The notes: generated by a model from the sequence alone, not told the origin. Positions 1 through 13,481 are shown, numbered from the stretch's first letter. The stretch: 64,000 nucleotides of DNA from Monocercomonoides exilis PA203 (GCA_001643675.2 LSRY02000016.1:62001-126000), one strand, 5' to 3'. Numbers and translations are program-made.

Positions 1-1926
1 AACGAGATGAACAGGCAGAAGCAGCTTCTGCTGGAAAAGGAGCGAGGCGAGCGAGAACTGAAAGAGATGGCAGAGTGCACATTCAAGCCAGCCATCAAAG
101 AGTCGAGGCGCAGTCTCTCTGCGACGAAGAAGGGGCCTGTGTACATCCGCGGCCTGATGCACCATCTGGAGATGCAGGACATTGCGAGGCGGATCGAAGC
201 AGAGAAGAAGGAGATGCTGGAGCGCATATCCATACACGGCTCGACGATCTCTCCGGCCCGCTCGTCAGGCTCGCTCTCAAGCACAACCAGCTCAGACGGC
301 AGAAAGAGCGGAGCGTCGGCTGGCGGCGAGAAAAGGAATGGGAAAAAGGGAGGTGCTGCTGCAGCACGGCCATTTTCCGCATCAACCGCGTCGCAGCAGA
401 GAACACCACAGCGCCGGCCTCAGACAGCACTGGGGCTGGGCAATTCTTCTTCTTCTTCTTCTTCACAAAACACATCATCACCTTCATTCACAGCAACCTC
501 GACATTCTCCCCTACGATCTATTCCTCACCTCGCAGCAGTCTGAATCTGCGAGGCTCGTCGCAGCAGACGTCGTCTTCTCCTCTGCCGGCGTCGCATTTG
601 GAGGCGAAGCAAAGAAGGCAGGAGCAGATGCGGATGAGCGGGAGGAGCAGAAGCACAGAGCTTAGCAGAACAGGAAGAAGTCGCAGCAGAAGCGGCAGCA
701 GAACAAGAGGAGGAGGGAGGAAAGGAGAAGGATACGGCGCAAAGGGAAGGAGAGCATCAGCGCGGAGAAGAAAGAATGGAGGAGGCAGAAGCAGAGGCAG
801 AGGCTCCGAGGACGATGGCAACGACGAGGACAGCTCAAGCGGAGATTCAGAGTATGGATTGAGCGACAGCTATTATGACGACTCGGACAGCGACGATTCG
901 ATCGAAGAGCTTATTTTGCGTGCGACGATGACTCCGCGCGAGAGAAAGCTGTTTGACTCGAAGAAGAGAGAAAGAGAACTGATAGCGTCGAAAGACAAGT
1001 GGAAGAGCGGCGATGGGACGATGAAGCGGAAGGGGGACGAGCAGATAAAGCCGACGCGCCCGACCATCTTCAGCGAGATAGTCGATGCGCCTGCGAAGGA
1101 GAAGGAGAAGAGGCAGAGGCTGCTTAACTCCACGCGGGCGCAGCAGACAGCGGCAGCGTCATCAGCACAGCAAGGCCGCGGTGGAAGAGGATTCCGCGAC
1201 GGAGAATCGAGTCCGTCTGGGCTGAGCTACTCGCCGTATGCGGGTGGCAGCAGCGGGGCAGACGACGAGTGGGGCAAAGAGGGACGCGGGGGCAAGAAGA
1301 AGCAGAGCGTGAAGAGGAGCAGGGGAAGGCAGCTGCAGACGGTTGATCAGAAGCTGCTTTTGTCGACTCTGATGGACGACGAGTCGAGCGACATGCTTTC
1401 GTCGTCGAGCGAAGAGGATGTGCGATGGAAGGAGCGGACCATCAAGCGGAAGGAGAAGCTGCAGAGGGAGAAGGAAAGGCACGCAGAGTTCGAGAAAAGG
1501 CTGGCGGAGGAAGAGAGGAAGGCGAAGGAGGAGGAGGAGGAGCGCAAGAGACAGGAAGAAAGAGAGGAAAAGGAGATGAGGGAGAAGGCGATGGCTGCTG
1601 CGCTGAGGGAGCAGGAGAAGCAGAAGGAGAAAGAGGAGAGGAGGAAAGCGGAGGCGCAGCGGAGAGAAGAGGCAGCCCTGCGGAACAGCCGAAAATACGG
1701 ATACGGTGCGGGGGTGAGAGGCAGGGCCAGAGGGAAAGAGAACTCCACACCCACAGGCAGAAGGAACTTGTCTGCATCTTCGCTATCTCCGTCCCTTTCG
1801 CCGTCGATGTCGACTTCTCGTTCTCTGTCGGCCTCGTCTTCGTCTTATTCGCCCTCTCCGTCACCTTCCATCGCTCGCACTCCTCCTCGCCCTGTCTCTT
1901 CACGAACAACAGCTGTTCGAGCTTAG
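1..1926 (+). CDS. 5'-partial gene; low-complexity Ser/Arg/Gly-rich and charged coiled-coil protein with an ECTFKP motif
   Basis: Frame open from base 1 to TAG at 1924-1926; GC-rich coding composition followed by an AT-rich 3' region. Confidence 0.75.
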   Translation, partial: NEMNRQKQLLLEKERGERELKEMAECTFKPAIKESRRSLSATKKGPVYIRGLMHHLEMQDIARRIEAEKKEMLERISIHGSTISPARSSGSLSSTTSSDGRKSGASAGGEKRNGKKGGAAAARPFSASTASQQRTPQRRPQTALGLGNSSSSSSSQNTSSPSFTATSTFSPTIYSSPRSSLNLRGSSQQTSSSPLPASHLEAKQRRQEQMRMSGRSRSTELSRTGRSRSRSGSRTRGGGRKGEGYGAKGRRASARRRKNGGGRSRGRGSEDDGNDEDSSSGDSEYGLSDSYYDDSDSDDSIEELILRATMTPRERKLFDSKKRERELIASKDKWKSGDGTMKRKGDEQIKPTRPTIFSEIVDAPAKEKEKRQRLLNSTRAQQTAAASSAQQGRGGRGFRDGESSPSGLSYSPYAGGSSGADDEWGKEGRGGKKKQSVKRSRGRQLQTVDQKLLLSTLMDDESSDMLSSSSEEDVRWKERTIKRKEKLQREKERHAEFEKRLAEEERKAKEEEEERKRQEEREEKEMREKAMAAALREQEKQKEKEERRKAEAQRREEAALRNSRKYGYGAGVRGRARGKENSTPTGRRNLSASSLSPSLSPSMSTSRSLSASSSSYSPSPSPSIARTPPRPVSSRTTAVRA

Positions 1927-2641
1927 CTCACACTTCTTTTTTCTTTTCTTTCTTTCTTCTTCTTCTTCTTTTTTTGGATGGACTTCATACGTCTTTTTGC
2001 TGGTATTTTCTCTCTTCTAACTTATTTTGCTTTATTGCTCGTCTTTCTGTTTCCTTTTCTTATTCAAAGCATCTCATTGGGTGAAAAAGGGAATATTTTT
2101 GTGTTAAAAGATTTTTTTGAAATTGTGTTTATGAAAAAGATAAACATTTTTCTTTTTTCGATGCTTCTATCGTCCATAAAATTCAAGGGAATTAGCTGCA
2201 AATGATCTCTTCTCATTTCTTGTTAAAGATTCATTTCATATCAGCAAGTTATAATAAAGTGAAATAATCTAATTATTATATTACTTGATTTTTGTTCTTT
2301 CTCTTCATTGGATTCAAAATTAAAATAAAAGAAATAGCTTACTAATTATTGCGTCATTGGAGGGCAAATGTTGAACCTAAATGTTATGGAAGACAAATTT
2401 TTGCTAATATACAAATGGAACGAAATTTTTTGCTTTATGAATTTTGTTCCACACAATGTTTTAAAAGATTCTCCTCAACTTTTTATTATTTATTCATTTA
2501 ATTTTGCTTGAGAATGTTGGAATTGCAATTATTCGAAGCAGAAATAGTTCAGAACAATTTTTCGATATTTTCATAAATGAAAGAATTCGTTTCTATTTAG
2601 AATTATTGATCGTATTCCCATCATCGTATTATACATGAATT

Positions 2642-5600
2642 ATGTTGGCTTTTTTTTGTTTCATTGAATTATGTTCAGCACTTATAGCAAACAGTTGCAC
2701 TAATTCAATTATATTTTCAAGAGATTTTGAATCAAAATTTTTGCTTAAAGTTCGAAATGGTTCTCTTTCTCTGTCCGCACTGAATATGGAATCAAAACAC
2801 GCAAACAGTCTTATTTTGAGTAGTAATAACGGACGCTTGAACATAAAAACTTGCTCTTGTTTTTTAACTTCTTCTTTACAATCATTTTTTCAATTAGAAG
2901 AAAGTGCATCTTCGATCCAAAATATTTCTATTCTTTTATCTTCTTTTCGCCAACTTTCAACTCCATTAATGCTTGCTACTGGATTGAAAAATTATATTTC
3001 GATTTGTGACTCATCATTTATCAACATGATATTCACAAATGATGAAGCTTTTCTTCTTTCTTCATGTTTTTCTTCTGTTTTTGCTTCATCAATTTATTTT
3101 TCAAACATTAGTTCAAATCCAATGCGACATGGAAACAGAAATAAATTTGATATGGGAGAACAATTTATCTCAGAAAATAAAGAATTTTCAAATTGTGAAG
3201 TTTATAAATGTCAAAATTCGAGAATTGGAGACCTTTTACCCCATCACGATGCTATCAAAGTCAGGATGTGCAATAATACTGTCAGTGAGTGTAATGCAGA
3301 TCGCAAAATATTTTATTCCCGTCAACATCTTTTCGCTTCTGAAAACTTTACTGAATGCGCATGGATTAATTGTAGCTCAACACAATCGGAAGCTGGTGCA
3401 GCTATTTGCATTGAGGGATGCGAATCATTAAGTGCTCACCACTGCAAATTTTCTTCATGTAACGCAAGTTCCAGAGGAGGGGCTATCTCAACGAAAAACA
3501 TAAGATTTGTTTATTTTAACGATTGCTATTTTGTTGATACGACTGCTTATAAATACGGTGGTGCTTTGATTGATGACAGCAGCGAGTTGTATGAAGTGCA
3601 TAACAGCAACTTTTCGAATTGCACTTCGCGTAGGGAAGATGGAGGCGCAATATGGGTAACTTCGACAAGTACCTTTTCAACGAATGGTTTGTGGTTTAAA
3701 GATTGCTCCACTGAGAAAAGCGGAGGAGGAATGAAATTTCTTTCGGTGGATTATCTTTATTTGCATAATTTGTATCTTGCCAACTGTAGCGCACAATGCG
3801 GAGGAGGAATTTATCTTGTTAATTCAAGTACGTATAGATATGTAAAGTTAGATATTACAATGTTAAAGTTTATAAGGAATAAAGCAAGTCAAGGCTCTGA
3901 TATGGCTATTTACAATTATTCAATAAATAAACTGAAACTATCCGATTCAATGTCACTATCTGGAGCTGGAAGATTGTTGGTCAATGGATTTACTCGTGAT
4001 GAATGGTTGACAAGCTTGCTGTATGTGGGCCAGCCTGGGTCATCCGAAAATGATTGTGGCATTTTTGAAAAGCCATGTGATTCAATTTTGAGATATGCAA
4101 AGGCAATGGCGCCTAACGTTTCTTCATCAGTGGTTATATATCCTGGTGTTTATTACGAGAATGAAACAAACTTTGTTGACATGAACTTGGTTATGATGTC
4201 ATCTGAACAAATTTCACTTTCATCGTCCAATTCTGATGTGAACAGAATACGCAGGATTCAGAACCTTTGTTCTTCATTCAGGAGAAATGAAATTGAAGCG
4301 CCCGATTTCATTAGCGAGCTGAACAAGATCAAAGGAGCCTGCTATGGATCAAATAGAAACAGTTCAAGTGACAATGAAACCACAATAGCTTTGGAAGTCG
4401 GAGAATTTAGCAGAACATTAATGACACTGGAGAATACTAACATAAGTTTTTACTCACTTTTTTTTATAATCGATGCGTCAAATATTTTTAATAGCACTTG
4501 CATGCTGCTTTCTTCGCTGAATAGAAACTCTTCAGCTGTTTTTGTACAATGCACAATAAATATAACTTCATCTGGTTCATTAAATGACTATGCCGATGAT
4601 ATAGTGCTCATAACTTCAAAGAATTCAACATTATATTTAATGGAGGTCACAATTAGACAATGCGAATATGCATTTTATTCACAAGAAGCGTTTAGCAATC
4701 GTTTTTCATTAGATCTGGACAGTGCTTTGAATGGGAATTCTTCTGAGGTTGTTCCCATTGAAACAAGAACACAGTCAAGGAAGAACAGAAGAAGCAACCG
4801 ATTACTCTCTTGCGAAAATGCATTGGACGAAACAGAATATGTTTGCGGAATTGGATGCAGGCTTTTTGAACTGACAGACAGCACCGCAGCATTCTCGAGC
4901 TGCGTGTTTGCAAACGCCACTGGAGGAATCATTCGACAGAGCGGCGGGACTTTGCTGCTGACAAATTGCACTTTTGATCACAGGGCTGTTCAGAGCCATT
5001 ACACCTTCCTCCACCGCTCTCATCTGTCGTGCAGCGGAGAAGGCAACGTGAGCATCAGCGGAACGAAGGTCAAGATTAAGGACGAGGAATACACAGAGAG
5101 AGACGCCTTCGGATTCGATGTGCAGGAATGCCTGGCATATGGCGAAGATTTGTATGCGGAAAAAGACATGACGGAATTGTCTTCGTTTTCGAAGGCGGTG
5201 TTTTTCCACCCGACTTTGAGCAACGCTGATCTGTTCTGGCAGGACGAGATGCACTCGCAGATTGCAGTAAAAGTGGAAGGAAGAGAGCTTTATGGATGCG
5301 ATCTGACATTCACCATGCAGAAGGCTGTGCCTGATGTGGAGCATGGAATGACAGGGGAGGGGACAGAGCATATGTGCTCGTTCATTACAATCACTGGGAC
5401 TGCCAAGGCACAAGGCATCGTACCTCTGTCGCTGTTTGATGAAAGCACGGATTTTGTAGCTGTTCGCCTTGTCTTCCCAATGAAGAAAAGCATTCACTAT
5501 GTGACTGAACCGTATTATGCGTTGATGCCTCTTCGAGACCCAAACAATACAAATACGTCGAGTGATAATGCTGACCCAACTGTTTCTAACAACAGCAGTT

Positions 5601-6514
5601 ACCTTACAAGCATCATTGCCATCAGCACAATTTTTACTGTGTTTCTTTTCTCTTTGACTCCAATTGTTTACATTATAAGACGGCAAAGACGAGCGAAGAA
5701 TAGAAACAACAGAAATCAAAGCGGAACTGGCAGTTCGCATCCTGATGGTGCTGGTGGCAACGCAGCTGAAACAGAAATGGTTGGAGAAGACGCGGTTTAT
5801 GAAAACAGCAATAGAAATGAGTATGACGAGAGAAATGGGCTTATTTCCAACGAGGAGCGTTCTATTTTGTCTGTTCCATTGGATGCATTGCCCGATGAAA
5901 TGGATGAGAATAATGTTAATAGAGCACAATTTCGATATTCACTGCATTCAAGTTCCTCTTTGCCTCCTCCTCCTCCTCCACAGCCAAATCTAATGAGTGT
6001 TTCTGCTTTTGGTGCTTCCTCGTTGTCGCTTAGCACTTCAAACGGGCCAGCAGCTGAATTGCACATGTCAGTTGCTCTTCCTCCTCCTCCTTCCTCTTCT
6101 CAGTCTGCATTGTCAAGGTCATCTTTGTCATCTTCTGTAAATGAGTTATCTTCTTCTATGATGCAGACGAGGCAACTACCTCCCCCGCCACCCCCTCTTC
6201 TTTCATCTGTTTCAAGCTCTGTAATTTTACCTTCTTCTTTTGAGCATCATCCGATGGAGAATTCGGGAAGGTTGACACAATTTGCGTTGCAAATGCAGCG
6301 AACGCAGATGGCACAGAGCAATTTGCAGAGGCAAGCATCGTCATCTCCTTTGCAGCTACACCACACAGCTGCTGCTGATGATGCTGCTGCTGCATTACCA
6401 CAAAATGTGCCAATTGCTTCGCAGCCTTCATCTCGTCTTGGGATTTCTGTAAATATTCATGACCAGCCTATGTTTGAAGACGAAGATGATTACCGAAATT
6501 CTATCACTGGATAA
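2642..6514 (+). CDS. Single-pass surface protein with pectin-lyase-like/polymorphic-membrane-protein (GGAI/FxxC) beta-helix repeats and a Pro/Ser-rich cytoplasmic tail
   Basis: 1290-aa ORF; hydrophobic N-terminus; repeats GAAI, GGAI, GGAL, GGAI, GGGM, GGGI preceded by FxxC-like motifs; CGxxEKPC motif; TM helix IIAISTIFTVFLFSLTPIVYII followed by RRQRR. Confidence 0.8.
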   Translation: MLAFFCFIELCSALIANSCTNSIIFSRDFESKFLLKVRNGSLSLSALNMESKHANSLILSSNNGRLNIKTCSCFLTSSLQSFFQLEESASSIQNISILLSSFRQLSTPLMLATGLKNYISICDSSFINMIFTNDEAFLLSSCFSSVFASSIYFSNISSNPMRHGNRNKFDMGEQFISENKEFSNCEVYKCQNSRIGDLLPHHDAIKVRMCNNTVSECNADRKIFYSRQHLFASENFTECAWINCSSTQSEAGAAICIEGCESLSAHHCKFSSCNASSRGGAISTKNIRFVYFNDCYFVDTTAYKYGGALIDDSSELYEVHNSNFSNCTSRREDGGAIWVTSTSTFSTNGLWFKDCSTEKSGGGMKFLSVDYLYLHNLYLANCSAQCGGGIYLVNSSTYRYVKLDITMLKFIRNKASQGSDMAIYNYSINKLKLSDSMSLSGAGRLLVNGFTRDEWLTSLLYVGQPGSSENDCGIFEKPCDSILRYAKAMAPNVSSSVVIYPGVYYENETNFVDMNLVMMSSEQISLSSSNSDVNRIRRIQNLCSSFRRNEIEAPDFISELNKIKGACYGSNRNSSSDNETTIALEVGEFSRTLMTLENTNISFYSLFFIIDASNIFNSTCMLLSSLNRNSSAVFVQCTINITSSGSLNDYADDIVLITSKNSTLYLMEVTIRQCEYAFYSQEAFSNRFSLDLDSALNGNSSEVVPIETRTQSRKNRRSNRLLSCENALDETEYVCGIGCRLFELTDSTAAFSSCVFANATGGIIRQSGGTLLLTNCTFDHRAVQSHYTFLHRSHLSCSGEGNVSISGTKVKIKDEEYTERDAFGFDVQECLAYGEDLYAEKDMTELSSFSKAVFFHPTLSNADLFWQDEMHSQIAVKVEGRELYGCDLTFTMQKAVPDVEHGMTGEGTEHMCSFITITGTAKAQGIVPLSLFDESTDFVAVRLVFPMKKSIHYVTEPYYALMPLRDPNNTNTSSDNADPTVSNNSSYLTSIIAISTIFTVFLFSLTPIVYIIRRQRRAKNRNNRNQSGTGSSHPDGAGGNAAETEMVGEDAVYENSNRNEYDERNGLISNEERSILSVPLDALPDEMDENNVNRAQFRYSLHSSSSLPPPPPPQPNLMSVSAFGASSLSLSTSNGPAAELHMSVALPPPPSSSQSALSRSSLSSSVNELSSSMMQTRQLPPPPPPLLSSVSSSVILPSSFEHHPMENSGRLTQFALQMQRTQMAQSNLQRQASSSPLQLHHTAAADDAAAALPQNVPIASQPSSRLGISVNIHDQPMFEDEDDYRNSITG

Positions 6515-6849
6515 TTTCATATTTTTCAGTTCTTTTGCGATGTTTTATATTGAGTATTAGTTATTTTGCTTTTCTTTGCTATGCATTATGTTTACATTAT
6601 TTTATTAATTTTGTATTTCGGTGTATGCATTTAGTTAATCATTGTTATCAAAAAAAATTTTCAAGTTCGTTTAATTTTAATTTAAAAAAAAAAATGATTG
6701 GATAAAAGCATATTTGTGGATATTAATTGTTCACTAATGCTATAAAAAAACAAATAACTCAATCCTGGTTCTTCAAATTTTTTTTTAAATATGGTGCCCA
6801 TAGCATTTTCCATCACAAAAAAGATCAATATTCAAATTTAATTTTTCAG

Positions 6850-9800
6850 GTTTCAGTCTTTATTTAGAGATTTGAGCAAAATGCCAAGAGTTGCATCCAC
6901 TATTGAATTCAAAAGCACATGCGATGATGTTGCGATTTTTGCCAATCTTGTGAAGGTCATGGAACTATGTGAAGATCTGGGCCAAACTCATGTCCTATCG
7001 TTAATGCATCAGTACCTTGATGGATGCGAGCGTAAAAATATGAAATATTCTTCTTTGACTTTGCACAAGCAGAAAGAAGCTTTAAAATCAAAAGAAACTC
7101 TTTGTATTCAACTTTTAAAGGATTTCAATGCTTTTCCACAGAAAATGAAATTTTCAAAAGAGAACAGTACAATGAAAAAAGAAAATACATTTTTATACAG
7201 TAAATCAGATTATTGTGAATTTGATTTACCTCAAGTTAAAGAAATGACTGATTCGTTTTCAAAATTTGGAGAAAACATGATTTCAACATTTGAAAGTTCC
7301 CAGGAAAGCATCAATTTTTATTCAAAAACATGCGTCCCTGTATCAATTGTACAGAAATTCTCAGGCCTTGTTGCTGTTTTGTTGAAAGTTGTGATACAAT
7401 CATATCAGAATATTGAGATGCGAACTATTCAAAGTTTAACTCATGCATCTGTTCGTTTTCTTTCATTGCACATCCTCCCAACAGAGTCTGCGCAAATTCT
7501 TAGGTTTTTATCGGATTTGTTGCAAAAGCCAGCTCGGTACGCAGGCGCAATGAAAGAGTCATCATCTTTATCTCAGACGAATAGCTCAATTGTTCCTGTA
7601 CAAAAATGCATGGAGAACATACAATGCTTAATCTTCTCTTTTCCGTCGCATCTTCCTCTTTTAGTTCAATCTTCTATTTTTATCAGAACATCCTGTTTGA
7701 TTCCTCCTCAATCACTTCTTATCCAGTTATCGGTTTGTCTAACAACACTTCTCATGGAGTGTCAAAAGAATCTGCAAGAAAACAGTGTCAACAAAACAAT
7801 TTCTTCTTTTTTGCAGGCATCTCCAAATCTTCAGCGAACATTACCAGGATCACCGCCTTCAGATTCATATTTGTTAAAACTTCTTCGTCCATTTTACCTT
7901 TCATTGTTTCACATTTGCAGGCGTTCTTTCGATCTAATGCCGACTTCTATTTTTAATTTATGTTCAAATATTCTTTCTTTCAGTGAAAAAGACGATTACG
8001 AACTTTTCTTCGAGTATTTGGGCGTACGCAGAATGGGAGAATGCGACATGTGCAAAAAAGCAAGGCTTTTAGGGAGTAAAGTGGAGCAAAGTGAAGAAGA
8101 TACTCATTTTGATGATAATGATGATGAAGAAAAGCAAAGCACATTTATTGAAACAGACAGGAGCATTTGCAGTGAAAACGATTTTGATGTTTGGAACGCT
8201 TTGCGTTATCACAAGCACCAATATGAAATAATCAACAAAAAGCGAATTCAACTTTGCCGTGTTGGTGGCTTTCCATCAATTCATAAAGAACCAGCAACGA
8301 ATGGACTGAAAGACTCGAAGAGAGAAGATGTCGCAACTGAGAATGATAATGCTAGCAGAAAAGTTGCAGCAGCACCACAAATTCATTCAAATGAAAATAT
8401 ACAGACGACAAAGTTTGCATCACTTCAACCACAACAAAATGAATCGTGTGAAGAAACTCTCATTTCGTTGAGTGAAATCGATGATTTGAAACAACGTGCA
8501 GTTGACTGGATTCTGAAAAGCGCCAGAGACTGTGAATGGTTGGAAGCTGCAGGCAAAGCATTCGATGAATTAGCAGCAATAAAAACAAATCTGAGGATTC
8601 CTAACAAAGAAGAAGTGAAAAAAGCTGGAGCTGAATCCGCTATCTCAAACAAAGAAAATGTGTTTAATGTGACTTTTTCAGGGCAATCGATGCTATTTCA
8701 CTATCACTTTAATCACTTAATCCAAACTGTTCGCCACCTCTTTCATTTAGCGCGCTTTTCTTTTGATGCACAAGAGAATTTGATTGAACTTTGTAGCAAT
8801 TTGCTGATGGCACTGACATTAGTCGTCTGTGAATCACTTCGTTTTTGGATGAAGACAAGAAATGAAAGCGACAGTTGCAATGCATCTTCGGCTTGTTCTT
8901 CTGCTCCTTCTGCTCCTTCTGCTGTTTCTGCTTCTGATCCAACTCCTTCTGATTCATCTTCCATTTCAACCTCTGCTTCATCAGGCATAAAAGATTCTTC
9001 GTTATCATCTCCTTTAAGCCAATCTCCGTTATGTCTAAATTCAGATTTTTCATTGTTTCTAACATATTCTTCGGAATTAGCCTTGACTTTTTCTCTTATT
9101 AATGAATTATACTCAACTCAATCTGAATGCTCTGAATGCACTTCAAACATCATCCTTGTCTCTTGCTCTTTTATTCTTGCACACACTTCACTCGTCAATA
9201 ACCAATCATCACACTATCTTCCATTCTTCTTGAAATCACAGTCATCCTTCATTTCATCATTCACACAACATTCACCTTCAGAAATGCCTCACACTGAATC
9301 ATTCTTTCCTTCACTTCTTTTCACTTCTCGGCAGCCGACTTATTTACCTCCTCTTCATCTGAATAATCAGATGACTAACATTCTTGTAACCGAATATTCA
9401 GGTCTTGTTCATTATGCTTCTCGCAACATCGCAACTTTCTACTCGTCTGCATCAAAAGAATCACAAGCAACCGCTTTTAAAAGCATGTTTATTGCATTAG
9501 ACTGTTTCAAAACGCACACTGTATGTCATCCATCCTCAGCAATCTTCCAAAAAATGAGGGTGATGAAACAAGAAGCAGAAGCAAGGCAGAGAAGCAGCGA
9601 TGAATGGGGAGAAAGTTTTCTTTCTGAAAAGCAAATTTCAACTCCAACATCGCCTCACACTCCTTTTAAAGCTTGGATTGCTCCGTCTTCAAAGAAAGCC
9701 CAAGAAATTGCCCTTTCAATGCCTTCCTCCTCTTCTTCTTCTTTAGCTCTTTCAGAAGAGAAAGGAGCAACCTCTTCTGACACAACAGAATTACATCCAA

Positions 9801-12800
9801 TCATCATCTCAGCCCCACTTCCGCTTTTTCCCTTGGAAGAAACAAATAAACTTTCTGCTTCTCCTTTTGCTGCATCAGATGATTCGAGTGTTCAAACGTC
9901 GAATGAATCAAATGTTCTCAATCAAAAACTTGTTTCTCATTCTCGCATTCAAATTCCATTGCGGACAATATCTACCTCATCGTCTTTTCCATCTTTCACA
10001 CCATCAATTTCTTCTGCTTCAGCCCCAAGCACAGCCCAGCCTGTTCTGTCGTATTCAGATGGATGCTGCATCATGTCAGTCGCTCTCACTCCGCTCACAT
10101 CTCATCTCTTTCGCGTGGCATCTGAAGCGTTGTTTGGCACTGCATTCTATTTGTTCCATCAGTCAGCCAGAACAATGATTCTCCCTTTTCCAACTGCTGT
10201 TTCTGTCTCGTGGTGCTTGGTGTTGGTGAAGGCTATTCTCGATTGGATGCCCCTGTCTCTGAAGAGCGTTCCCCTTCCGTCTGAAATTCCTTCCTTTTTC
10301 AGTTCTGCACAGGTCCTTTTTGATGACTCGGTTGACCAAAAGATAAAAGATCTTATGAAAGAAATCATCTCAACGTTGCAAATAGCTCCTCCCACAAAAC
10401 ATCACAAGAAATCAAAGAATGCCACTGGGAAAACAGTCAATACGATTGCAAGCCCTTCAATCAGTCGGTCTCCAACTGCATCTTCAATCGACATTGATGC
10501 ACTTTACGACTCGCTGTATAGAAGGCCTTCATCTGCGTCTCTTTCATCTTGTTGCACGCAATCCACGCTTTCAACTCTTACAACGAATGCCATGGGTGAT
10601 TTTCTTGATGACGATCGAGACGAATGCAGCAGCGGAAGAGAAACAGATGGAGACAGCTATGCAAGCTCTGGGGGAGATGATTTCTCAGCTGACAGCAATT
10701 CAGGGACTGGTGAGTCATCTACAGTGTGCTTCGAGAAAGTGTCATTTTTGAGCAATGAAGAGAGCTTAACGAGAAACAGCACAGAATTAAAGAGTTTTCA
10801 AAAAGAGAAAGCAAAACACTCCAAAAGGAGGAGGAGGGGCTTAAAGCAATCCAGTAAAATGTCGCTGTTTCTGCAGATTCGCCCCAAAATAAGCGCAATT
10901 TCTGCTGAATCAACAGCGTCTTATCACGAACTGCGCCGCGTTGTGACAAAGAAGTCTCAAATTGGCGATGGATGGTTTCTTCCAATGTCTGTCATTGCCA
11001 ATCGCCGGCAGCTGAAGAAGATGATGATGGAAGACACAGACGGAACAGAATTCTCACAAGTGCCAGCTGTCCAGCAGCCACTACACATCCAACTTATGAA
11101 ATCAGAATCCGCTCCATTTTCGTTGAAGGCGATGGAGCAGCTCCGAATGCACACGATCCTTCACACAGACTCTTTTGGAATTGAGTTTCTGTTTGGCTCT
11201 CTGTTCGTTCTTTTGGATGCTCTCGTTCAGGTTCAGCTGAACACAGCTCTGACGAAACAAGCTGAAACTGAAGCACAAAACGAAGATGATGAAAGTCCTT
11301 TGAAGGATTGCGGGATAATTCGTGAAGAGACTGAGCAAGAACAAGTCGCACTTTCTGTTGAATCAACTGCCAAATCTTTATCTCTTCAAAGAACGAAGGT
11401 AGATTTCGATAAGAATGATTCGCTGAGGAATTCTCAATCCTCAGAATCACGAAATTCCATTGGCAAAGGGTCTGTTCCTACAAACGTTCAGCAAAAATCG
11501 AAAAATATGTATGAATCGAATGCTTGTTCAACTTCTTCTTCTCCTCCTCCTTCACTTTCTCCTTCTCCTTCTTCTCCTCTGAAAAAGAGGAAAGGCATTT
11601 TCTCTTCGAAGGAAGAGAACACCGCAAAGGATTCGTATGTTGAGAATCTTGGCTTGTTCCTCGCTTCTCTTCTTTCTTCTCCCTTTTTCTCGATGTTTTC
11701 CATCGCATTTCGTTCCATGCTGATCTATCCTCTGGCTGCCCAGAGCGGACTTCTCTTCATAAATTCGTTTTTCAGACTCTTTCGCATTTGGCTGCGGTGC
11801 TTTTCGCTGAAAGTGCCAAAAACACTTTCCATTCCTTTTCTGCAGCAGAAAGAGGAGCAAGAAAATAGCACAAATATTTCTCCAGCAGCAAGCGCAAGCA
11901 CATTTGCAGTGAAGCAGGCTGCGCAATCATCCACGCCAAATTATATTCAGAACAGAAAGCCGTTGTATCAGCCTCAATCAACAGCATCTTTATCTTTAAA
12001 GACTGTCCAGCACTCTTCGTTGAAGAAGGAAGACTCCAAACTAAAAATGCAACCACATACCCAGCTAAGTAAAAGCAGCATTCCTGTATCGTCATCTGCC
12101 ATCAAAAGCAGCTTGCAAACAAGAAATACTGCAAAAGCAAGTGGCCTTCCACAAATCCGGTTGTTGCCATCAACTCGTCTTTCTCAAGCGACGAGCACGC
12201 CTAAAGCAGCCTCGCTTTCTATTTCTCATCGCTCTGAGGCTGACAACAGGCACCCTCGCCTTTCTCAAATGCCTTCGTCACAGTTAAAGAATAAGCAAGA
12301 TTCCGCAGACACGAATGTCGAAGAAGATTCATCAGATGATATTTCATTCAGTGAAGGCCCAATTGAAAGCGAAACAGGAACAGAAACAGAAAACGAGCAG
12401 TATTCAAGCAGAACAGCCGGCTTGGCAAAGAAGCTGAAGAAGCATTTTGTTCAACGTGCAAATAAGATCGATGCTTTTGATGAGCAAAGAAAAGAAAGAG
12501 AAGTTTGTTGTGAATTGTTGCCATTTTCGTTGACGGCAATCGATTTGTCCGATTCTTCTCTTCCAATTCCTCCTCTTCAACGAACATTCCGTCTTGTTGA
12601 ATTGCTTTCTTCTTCTCCGTTGTGCAAGCCGTCACTTCTTCAAGCATCTGACTCCGAAATCTTTCAGAGCCAAGATAAACATCCGCTTTCGCCATTTTCT
12701 TCGACTTCAATTGATTGCTGTGTGGATGCCTCTTCTTCTTCTTCTTCTTCTTCTTCGCGTTCTGCTGTTCGTGTCACTCCCATTTCGTTGTATCTTCTTC

Positions 12801-13153
12801 TGCCTTCTTTGTTCTCCTACAATGTCCTGCTAAGTCGTGCGCATCCTCTCTTCTTTTTGTGGGATTCCATATGTGCAACTGTCATGCTCCATCCTTCATT
12901 GACGCCGCTTGCCTCTAGCGCACTCACTCAATTGCAACTGTGTCTCAAATCATTCAGAATAATTATGAGAGGAGACAAACAGGAAAAAGCGCAAGAAAAG
13001 CTTGAAAGAAAAGCCGAAAAAGAAAGAAAACTCGAAGCACAACGCGAAAAAGAGCGGAAATCTGTACTAAATGAATATAAAAAGAAAGCCATTGAGAGAA
13101 AAAGAAGAATGAAAGCATTTGAAGAAAGGCAAAAACAGATTAACAAATTGTAG
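6850..13153 (+). CDS. Large (~2100 aa) Ser-rich hypothetical protein with C-terminal coiled coil; 5' end uncertain
   Basis: 6.3-kb uninterrupted ORF; probable acceptor tttttcag ending at 6849; no recognisable domain. Confidence 0.7.
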
Positions 13154-13481
13154 AATATGTCATTTAAAAAATTTTTTATGTAACAAATATGAAATGAAAT
13201 AATGCAATTATATTTTGTTGTTGTTGTTATTGGACTTAGTATTTTTAGGTTTTGTGTTTATGTATGTATTTAATTTTCATACCACTAACAATGTTTTATT
13301 TTTTCCCAATAAAAATTTTTAATTATTAATCTTTCTATTTAAAAAAATTATTTATTAAATTTTTTATTTTAATTTTTTTTAGTTCAAAGCAATAGATATC
13401 GCACTCATTCCCCAGAAATAAATGGATTGATGATTGATATTAAACCATAATTACTAATATTCCGGAAATATTCCCTTAATA

